Below are positions 10,711-20,151 of a DNA stretch of 64,000 nucleotides, one piece after another. Every line of letters starts with the position of its first letter. The first letter of the stretch is position 1. The notes beneath the pieces are model-generated. The model was not told the origin of the DNA. It worked only from the letters and a program-made list of their open reading frames with translations, and made no database searches. A program made the translations under genes and the position numbers. The DNA comes from Macrostomum lignano (Eukaryota): positions 124,001 to 188,000 of the forward strand of contig NIVC01001103.1 of the NCBI GenBank assembly GCA_002269645.1, read 5' to 3'.

Positions 10711-13700
10711 GTTTCTTGCAAAACCGGCTTCCAAATTTGATTGAAGACTTGGTAAAATGTCGATAACGTCACTGTTCCGGTGCACAATGCCGGCCAGGGT
10801 GTCCGCGTCGGTGCAGTACTGCAGAGCCAGTAGGAGGTCGGCCGCGTCTGCCTCCTGATCTCCGAGTGTCTCCTCGAACCAGCGTCGGGACTCGTCCTTC
10901 ACGTCGGTCGGAATGAGCTCCAGACACAGGCACTTCAGCAGTGCGCTGAAGTTCATGTAGAACCTGCTTCCGTAGATGAGTTCGTCTTTGACGAACCGGG
11001 GCAAGAACTTGAGACCCGGACGTCGGTCGTAGCGGAAGCAGAATCGCCAGATCGAGTCGCTGTTCTCCAGCTGCTGCCAGACATCCGCGGTGACATCCGA
11101 CAGAGTAGTGAGCTGCTTCTTGACGACTCCCTTGCTGACCGTGTGTTGAGCCGCCGCTCGCAGTGTGTACAAGGCAGCTTCTTGCTGACCCATCTTCAGA
11201 TGGGCCATCGCTCTGAGGCTCTCTCGAACTGACAACGCGCAATCAGGGATGCTGCTAATGAGCTGCATGTCAACATGTGGTTCTTCTGCTAGTTGCAGAA
11301 TTGTCATCCAGACAAGTAGGTAGATGTCCAAGATTTGGGGACGCGTCGCATCGATTGAACATATACCCATTCTGATTGAATGTTCATCGTATAAAACAGG
11401 AATTAGTGTCATTGGATGAAATTCAAATATTTCCTGACTTTCTTGTTGGCACAGTTGCTCTATAAATTGAAGCAGAAGCTGTCTCAGGTTTTCCAGTGTG
11501 CTTTTAATTGCTTTCATTACTTCGCTCTTTTCCGAGTGACCACTCCGCAGGTACACGGCTGCGTCAGGTGCAAAGAAGTGCGGCAGGCACTCGTGCTCTC
11601 CGCCATGCTGCAGACCGTCGCACAGAATCTCCAGAGCTCGCCGTGTGAGCTGCAGCAGATTGTCAGCACGCCATTCGTCTTCAGCAGTCTCGTCAATCAT
11701 GCGGAACATCAGCGTCTTTGCCACGTAGGTCTTGAGACCGCTTACTGACTTGGACAGATGTCGTTTGATGAGGAACTTGAGGATGACGAACAGCTGGCCT
11801 TGCAGTGTGTTGAAGCCTCGAATCATGAGCCTCTCGAGGAAGGTGGTGCTCAATCTGAGCCATTCGCCTTCCTTGTCAGGAGGTGCCGCTCTGACCAAGT
11901 GACACAGGGACGTCTGGAGCTCGGTTGTGAGTGCTTTGAGCAGATGCGGTTGGATTTGAGTCGGTCGACCTGGTCTTAGGACCTCAATGTCCGGGTAGCA
12001 GCAGGTTCTCAAAGCCCAAACGCAGTCCATGGCTGGGGACTGCATGCAGTGTAGCTGCTAGAGGATGACTTGGATTTGCAGCTAAAAGCATAAAGGTGTA
12101 TGAAATAGGCTAAAAGTGCGAAAATGACGTTGGATAAAAAACCTTAATATACGAGCTCGTACATACTTCCAACTGGATACTGAACATATCCTTTCTCGTA
12201 CGCTGCCATTCTGTTTAGGTCCGGCGCCACGCACTTGCAGTATTGTTGTAGGTGCAATTCAACCACTAAAATTACCGTGAAATCTATGTCGGAGTCGCTG
12301 TCAATACGACCATCCAGAGCTTTAAGAGAGCTGCCCCAGCCTTCACTGAAGCTCCCTACCGCATTGACACTGCCCATCCCACTTTTCCTCGCTATTTGCT
12401 GCAAAATGTCTGCCGCAGCCTGCTGCACAGCGGCACCTTCCTGGGTGAACCCAGAGTCTCTGAGGCAGCAGAATAACATCTGTGACAGGTCCTCTTCGTG
12501 ACTGAGGGTGTCGTGTCTGTAAGGCAGTGAAAACGTTTTCAGTCAGGACTGTTAAGTTTCTAAACACAACTCTCATACTACTTTTACTAAGCAGTATTTT
12601 ACCTTTTTAGTTTCTTTTTCTGCAAAACTGTTTGTTGCTTTACAAGATCTATGCAGTCCTCAAGTAGTGCGACACACTGGCTCGGCATGTCTAGCAGATT
12701 GCTCTTGTTCAGGCTGCTATGATTTCCGCGCATAATAATAAGCGCCGTCTCCCAATGACCCAATTGGCAGGCCTTAACCAGACAAGCTTCTGGGCTTTGA
12801 ATGGAAGAGCCAAGGTCTTGCACTTTTAGCAGCGAAGTTGCCGTTTCCCAGTGCGGATCTGCAGCCAAAGCCAGGGGCGTGTCTCCAGCATTGTTCACAA
12901 GAGAAGCTGAGGCTCCCGCATCGAGCAGCGTCTTGATAACATCTGTATGACCTTTCATAGCCGCTCTATGGAGAGGAGAATTTCCGGCCGCATCCTGGGC
13001 GTTCACTGAAGCATTAGACTGAATAAGAAGCCTCACCACTTCTGCTCGTCCATTCTCTGCTGCAGAGTGCAGCGGGGACGATTTAACATTGTCAAGAGCG
13101 TCGATTTCGGCCCCATTTTCGATTAGAAATATTGAAAGCTCAATGTGACCTCTCTGAGCGGCTTTGTGCAACAGAGTCCACTTTGTTTTAGTCTTCTGAT
13201 TAACATCCGCTCCAGCGTCGAGCAGCCACCGCATGACTGTCACATCGCCCCAACCGACTGAGGCGAACGCTGGTCCAACTAGAAATTGATTTGTCAGCGT
13301 AACATCTGCGCCAGCGCCCAGCAGTAGCTTCAATATTTGGTTTTGACCGCACTGGGCCGCGATGATTAGCGGAGTTGAGCCGTCGATTCTGCGTAAATTG
13401 ACATCAGCCCCGGCGTCAAGGAGTTGGCGGACAATACGGATATTTCCAGCCCGTGTAGCGATCAGCAGCGGCGTTGATCCGTCCAAACGCTGGGCATTCG
13501 GACTCGCGCAGGCCAACAGCAGCGTCGCAACGGCGGCGTCACAGCTGCCTTGGGCAGCCTCTAACAGCGGAGTTGCACCGTCGATCTGCGAGCAGTCAAC
13601 CTGGGCTCCAGCGTTCAGTAGCGGCGCCATCGCTGCAACCACATCTTTTTGGCTTACCACGCAAAGCGGCGTCCGACCCGACGAGTCGCGAGTGTCCGGA

Positions 13701-13780
13701 TTGGCGCCAGATTTCAGTAGCAACTTCACAGCCTCAATGTCTTCGGTGAGACAAGCGCGATGCAACTCAGACCCTGGCAT
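10711..13780 (-). CDS. Ankyrin-repeat + Mab-21/cGAS-like nucleotidyltransferase, copy B. Exons 13780-12603, 12516-12167, 12081-10711; apparent 4-bp frameshift at the start of exon 3
   Basis: Same domain order, intron positions and phases as copy A (intron 1 is 86 nt in both). GSFSEG...DSDID motif intact. TGCA duplication at about 12041-12048 breaks the frame relative to copy A. Terminal exon not identified. Confidence 0.8.
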
Positions 13781-14371
13781 TTTGCTGTGCAGTCTTCTGC
13801 TTACGCCTTACGGGGTTGGTTTGTATTTAGAGGGCGCCCGTGAGAAACTGTCCGTGTGCTTATGCTCGTATTTGCTAATTCTGCGCTTGCAGATAATTAT
13901 AGTCGAGTGTATAGATGATTTGCAGCTTGTCATTTTCCAAAAGTTTACATAGGCTATTCTGCGCAAGTAAATTGGAATACGCTCGCATGCATAGCGGGCA
14001 GGATAGATTTTGGTAAGATATGCATATAAGTTTTTAGGTGCAGCAACCCAAACGCAAAGAAAGGGTGTTTACAAAAATATGGAAATCGGACGATTTTGAT
14101 AAGAGAAATAATGCCAAACGTTATTTGCCGTTAGCTTGTTCTTATTCTTGGATAAAGTCACTGCTAAACAACATGGAACTATTTCTTTGTATAATATCTT
14201 AACCAACAGTCGGGTAATCGAACACACATACTATAGGAAATACCCTGCGTTGAGAGGGCAACGGGTTAGTCCCAAAACTGTTATAGGAACTGACGTCACT
14301 ATTCCATTTTTTATGCAGAACAATATATTACTAAAAACAATGCATTGTTTGTAGGATCGTCAAGCAGTATA

Positions 14372-15655
14372 ACAATGTAATATTCCTGCACGAAAACGAG
14401 TGCGTCAATGGCAAAAGCACGAGTGCGCGAAGCGCACGAGTGCATTTTGCCATAGACGCACGAGTTTGCGTGTAGGAAAATCATTGTCTTTTGACCATAG
14501 ACAAAGTCATTCCTGCACGGTTTTCGAGAAACGTTAAGAAGAGATGAAAATTGAGTGGAGAGTTTATAGAAAAGTGTATAAAGCTTATTGACTATGGCGT
14601 CTGTAATCGACTCGGCTCTGAATCCTCCATTAATTGATTTTCGCTACGCTACGGTGTCTGGATTAAGTGGCGACGAAATGTTTATTGAAAGTGTGTCCAG
14701 CAACTTTGAGAGGACGGGCGACGATTTGACTGCACTGATAGCGGATTGCACGTTCAGCGAGGAATTAGAGAAACTTTTCAGCTCGGATCCGGAAACCTTG
14801 TGTAACCTTGACGAATTGGAAAGTCTGGCCGCTCAACTGGAACGCGACAACGAATGTCATTCGACTGTCTCTAAGGAGAAAGCTGTGATCAACCGCTTGA
14901 CGGCCTGGTTGGCGGAGAATAATTTAAAAGTGGATTACGCGACTGCTTCGGTGGAAGAAATTGCCAAATGGGTCCGCTACTTCTATGCGACTCTGCGTAA
15001 GTCAGACGGCAGCTTCTATTCGCCGAATACAATCGTAGGATATCGAGCCGCACTGATCAGGTACTTTATGAGAGGCAAGAAGAGGGACTCGATCATGGCA
15101 GGGATGAGTGATCAGCTGACAGTCGCTCTAGCTGGAACTATGCCGGCACCAAGTTCTACATTGAGCGAAGCTCCTGCAAGGGCTGTTACAACTACCGACC
15201 CGTGCGCCCTGAACGACGCTCCTACAAGGGCTGTTGCGACTACCGACCCGTGCGGATCAGCGTCAATGTCAACTGTCAAGAAGTCACTGGTTGTTGAAGA
15301 ATCGACCACCACACTTGTAGCAGCCCCCACTAAGCGGATGAAGATTTTGGCAAACGGCAAAACGAATGTTGTGCAGTTTATTTTCGAGTAAATGCCGAGA
15401 GGGGTGTGAGTAGGTCTATAGACTCATTAACTGTTTCCCTAGTTCCACTTATTATCCTTTTTGTTCTTCCATATTGTTATTGATTACATATTCAGTTGCT
15501 TCTAAAAATAAATTGTTAAATCGTGCAGGAATGAAGTCATTCCTGCACGATAAGCTAACGTATGTCAAGTGATTTCTACCATAGACACAGACATTCCTGC
15601 ACGATAATAAATCGAAAAAATCATTCCTGCACGCTGTGGTCAAACGACAATGTAA
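14372..15655 (+). mobile_element. Non-autonomous Crypton-like (DUF3504 / tyrosine-recombinase class) element 1; ORF 14594-15391 internally deleted
   Basis: ORF contains YFYATLRKSDGSFYSPNTIVGYRAALIRYF, the typical N-terminal motif of DUF3504/ZMYM/Crypton proteins, but no catalytic core. Bounded by 9-bp direct repeats ACAATGTAA, with hairpins near both ends. Confidence 0.65.
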
Positions 15656-16638
15656 CGATATATACCGATTTTTTTCGGCAGCAATTGCGTAAGCTGAAGC
15701 CGCGTAGGAATGCGCTTTGAAAGGGTTGTAGAGATAATCAATCGTCTATGGCAAATTTAGTTGCTCTCTAAATGAAAGGGTTGTAGAGATAATCAATCGT
15801 CTATGGCAAATTTAGTTGCTCTCTAAATGAAAGGGTTGTAGAGATAATTAATCGTTTATGGCAAATTTAAAGGACAGTGAAGACAGCTAGCCTGGCTGCC
15901 ATGAGTTAATTCTCAAGTTGATTTTGAGCTTGAATTAATTCTCCTATTCGGAGTGCAAATAGGAAAACTAGCTATGATTCGCTACGCAAACATTCCTGGC
16001 GGAGAAATATGTGGACTCTCCACGGACGAGTTGGCTTTTGTCACCCGAGAGTCGAGCACGCGCTACGTTCTGGAGATGGACAACCTGGATGCGTCGTCCA
16101 GTTCCAACGGGCTGCCTGAGCTAGGTAGCGAAGATCTGGAAATGTTGGACCGACTTGAGAGTGACTCAGTGCCGAAATCGACCGAGACGCAACGGAAGCT
16201 TCACGTGGCAAGGTTCCGACAGTTCCTCAACGAGAAGGGGCTTTGCCAGGAGTTTGAGCGTGTTCCGGATCGATTTTTGAACGATTATCTGAGGCTTTTC
16301 TGAGGTTTGTTCTTAAGAACTTTTTGTGACTATGAAACACTTTCGCCGTGTTGCTATTGTTGTTCCTTGTTTTGATAGCCAAATACATTCGTCTGAAATC
16401 CGGCAACAATCGAAAAAAGCCGACAAACAATTAAATTGTTACCGCAAGTATGAATGCCGGAAACCATAGACAAAAGGGAACAATGCAAAGAATCAGCGGT
16501 CGCAGCACGTGACAACCGATTTGTCTATGGCAATCGTTGTCACGCACTGGGACCGCTGATTATTTATCCATTGTTTAGTAATGTATTGTTTTGCATAAAC
16601 TGTGCGAACAACGATAGTCAAATTGCTAAACAATGTTA
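15647..16638 (+). mobile_element. Crypton-like element 2 (N-terminal fragment ORF 15953/15974-16303)
   Basis: VPKSTETQRKLHVARFRQFLNEKG...EFE...LNDYLRLF resembles the Crypton/DUF3504 N-terminus. Shares accatagaca and gtctatggcaaa motifs with element 1. Long hairpin at about 16478-16575; 55-bp tandem repeat at 15718-15870. Confidence 0.5.
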
Positions 16639-16650
16639 GGATAACTGTCA

Positions 16651-16723
16651 CGCCGGTTGTGTGCTTATGTCGCTTAAAGTGCGCCAGGGTGCACACAACC
16701 CCCCTGCCTCTAATAATAGAAAA
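16651..16723 (+). mobile_element. 5'-truncated SINE family B fragment with 14-bp target-site duplication
   Basis: cgccggttgtgtgcttatgtcgcttaaagtgcgcc matches the reverse complement of about 45680-45720. Flanked by taggataactgtca at 16637-16650 and 16724-16737, with an AT-rich tail. Confidence 0.6.
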
Positions 16724-17612
16724 TAGGATAACTGTCATGTGTGGAAAATATTTCTAGGCATCAATGTCGAAAATTCCGGGCTCCATTTACATATGATTTA
16801 TGACCTTTTGAAATGAAAAATTATTAAAATGAAAAATTACTATGAAAAACAAGAAGTCTATGTTAAAGGCAGAAGCCATTCTAGTAGAACAGCCCATTCA
16901 TCTGTTGACATGTTTCGACAAATGACTGACGGAGAACGCTGGCGTGCTTTTGGTATGATCGATGCCACTTCACAGCATTCAGTTCCCTGTTCTTGTCATT
17001 CGTTTTCCTGAAACTGCCTATCTTAGTCCTGTACGATTGAGCGATGCGTATTGAGTGGTGTATTAGAATTTCTATGGCCTAGAGTCACCGATTTGCCACT
17101 CAAACTGAGACGAAATTCTCCCTAGAAAAGGTTGGACACTTGTTTGTTGCTGAGATATGATAAAATGCCGTTTAATTCATCATTATGGCAAAAAATTTCC
17201 TCGGCCACACTCCATGAGGGGTTTCTTGCTTAAATGTCTAGGCTACGAGTGGGCGCAGCGCCCTTTGTATAACAGTGGATTTAGGATGGGTGGAATTAGC
17301 GTCTTCCCAGCGTGTCTGGGCTTCAAAGCAGCGAAGTCAAAGCAGGGGTCTGGATGTAAAAATCGACATTACTCGATGCTGTTGAAACCAGTAGGCTTTG
17401 AGTGCCGGATTTCATATTCGGGACGTTAATTTCCACGCGAGGCCAGAGCTTTTGCATGTGTAACGGGTGCATTCCTTCTAGCACGGGTAATTGGATTTGT
17501 ACAATGAGTAAGATTGGATGCATTTAGAACCTTGCTGATGAGACAACGGGGAACATTTTTACTGTGAATTTGACCTAAAAGTGATTCACTGGTAGATTAA
17601 GCAAGTAGCAAG

Positions 17613-17962
17613 CACAGATACTAAAATAACTATAAGATGGGCCACTCAGGCATATATACTTAGTAAAACAGCTTTCTACTTTCAGTTCAGTAGCAAAGAA
17701 GAATACATAAGCTATTTTATAAAAATAAAGGCGGCTGAAATTGCTAATTAGTTCAGCAATTCCGAGAAGGCAAAAAAATGGGGCGGGGTGGGGGAGTGTG
17801 GAAAGGCGCGGTTGGAAGGTTTAGGCTGGGCGCTAAGAGCCAGTAAAATGAGCCTTGGCTTTAAAAATACATAAAAATGCTTCCGTTTAATTTACGAATA
17901 CTACTGAACTGAAAGTAGCTTACACGCAAATGTGCCGAGTGGCCCATCTAGTAGTATCTGTG
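17613..17962. mobile_element. MITE (TIR CACAGATACTA...GATGGGCCACTC), copy 1
   Basis: Imperfect ~35-bp TIRs; 8-bp flanks gtagcaag / gtagcaat (7/8 match, TSD). Confidence 0.75.
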
Positions 17963-18786
17963 GTAGCAATTAAAATTATCATGGTTAAAGATTTTCGAAC
18001 TAAGTCGATCTCTATTTGCCGATTTCTTCGGGGATAATGAATATACGCTCGTAGAATTAATGGGATTGTGGAGCCAGCGAAAATTGTGCCCTATAAGCCG
18101 CCTTATGACAACTACTTTAGTTCAACATCTGTCCAGAAATCAGATTCGGCAGCAATCCGAATGAAAGGGAAACGGCTGAATGAAAGCTTTAAAGCCACGG
18201 CAAATTAGTTTAATTAGAGCAAAGCACAAATTCCTATTTTTGTTACTGATGAATATTCGCCATCAAGATTTAAATTTTCAACTTCAAATTTTTGGGTCAA
18301 AACGATTTGTTTGATAAATTTATATTTGGAGAAACAATTTTTATAAGCATTAGCCAAAGCCAATTAAATAAAGCAAGCAAACAATTGAAGCAGAAGCAAA
18401 GCGTTAATAAAAAGAGATCGATATAGTGATCAGTTACATTCAGGTTACGCATGCTAGTGGGTTAGTAGACAGCGGTCAATGAGCAATAAAATTGATAATC
18501 AATAAACAGGCAGTTTAATGAATTAATGACCATTAATTAGAACAAATGAAATTATAAAACAGAAACTAGCAATAGTTCATTAAGTAAAAAAACAGGTGCA
18601 CAAAAATGCACAAAAAAGCTGCGAACCAGTTTTAAATAATTTCAATGAAATTATCTGAACAATTAAATTAAAAACATATATATACAGTGCTTCATACCTG
18701 AAAAAACTACCTGTGCCATTAGAATAAGCAAAAAAGCATGCCTAGACCATAATGACTCCAAGGATTACGATTAGGTAAGTTTAAAT

Positions 18787-19211
18787 CACAGATACTACAA
18801 CAACTGGATGGGCCACTCAGCACATTTGCGTGTAAGCTACTTTCAGTTCAGTAGTAAGTTAAACAGAAGCATTTTTATGTATTTTTAAAGCCAAGGCTCA
18901 TTTTATTGGCTCTCTCCCCCCAGCCTTTCCACTCCCCCACCCTGCCTCAATTTTTATTGCCTTCTCGGAATTTCCACCTAAAGCTGCAATGCACATTTCA
19001 GTGGACTGGCTAATGTACATTATTGCTGAACCAATTAGCAAGTTGTTTACGCCTGCAAGCTTGCGCTTCTAAACTTATCAAAGTTATTTTAGCTGCCTTT
19101 ATTTTTATAATATAGCTTATGTATTCTTCTTTGCTACTGAACTGAAAGTAGAAAGCTGTTTTACTAAGTATATATGCCTGAGTGGCCCATCCAGTTATTT
19201 TAATATCTGTG
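18787..19211. mobile_element. MITE of the same family, copy 2, inverted relative to copy 1
   Basis: Same TIRs; 8-bp flanks gtttaaat / gtttgaat (7/8 match); internal sequence is the reverse complement of copy 1. Confidence 0.75.
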
Positions 19212-19586
19212 GTTTGAATAAAAAGTAAGGTAGGATTACGCGTGTCTGTAATGAATAATAGCGAAACAAAAGAAAATCAGATACAAAAATCAATTATCAT
19301 TGGAAAATCAAACAGCTAGCTTTAGTCAAAAACAAAAGAATAAAATGAAAAATGAAAAAAGAAGGTTATCTATAAGTTTTATACCGCTTAACGCATAGAA
19401 TCTGCTTGTGCAGCCAACTTTCCTTTCATTGACGCTACAGGAAAAGCTTTAAAATGATAGAATAATAAGTAAGTAAAGTATGATAAGTAAGTATATGATA
19501 AGTAATGAGAAGCATCAAGGTAAACCATTAGAATTCAAACCAAAGTTAATAAAGTCCAGCTCAGCATGCAAGTCCAGCCAGTATTT

Positions 19587-20101
19587 TCAAAGGAAAAACA
19601 ACCGATCGCAGATCTGCGGGCTCGGCTCGAATTCGCTTTTATTGTCATTTAAATTTTGGCCAACCAAATAAGCCAGCCGGTGGGCGTATTGGCACGGCGC
19701 GGGCACCCGGATGGTACCGGGCCAGTTGAAGTAGAGGTGACACAGCTTGTAGGTCAGCTGCTGCACCTGGTCGGGCCTAATGTTGGCGTCATTGACGTCC
19801 TCTATGATGTTATAGTGAGTGGGCGTCACAGTGCCCTGGTTGACGTACTGCGACACCAGGAAAAAGTCTACGTAATTTGGCATGGTGATGACGTCATCCA
19901 GCACGGTGCCCGGGGCCGGGTTCCTGAGCTGGTTGCCGCCTCTCCGGAACAGACGGGAGCTGACCAACTTCTTCACTATGATAACCTTGAAGCCGAGGCT
20001 GCTGATGCGATCGCCGTAGATTCTCGACAGCGACTGCTTCAGCTGGACCAGCTCCGAGTTCTTCACCTGCAGACGGATCAATAGAACCAGCATTGTTTTG
20101 T

Positions 20102-20151
<50 letters not shown>

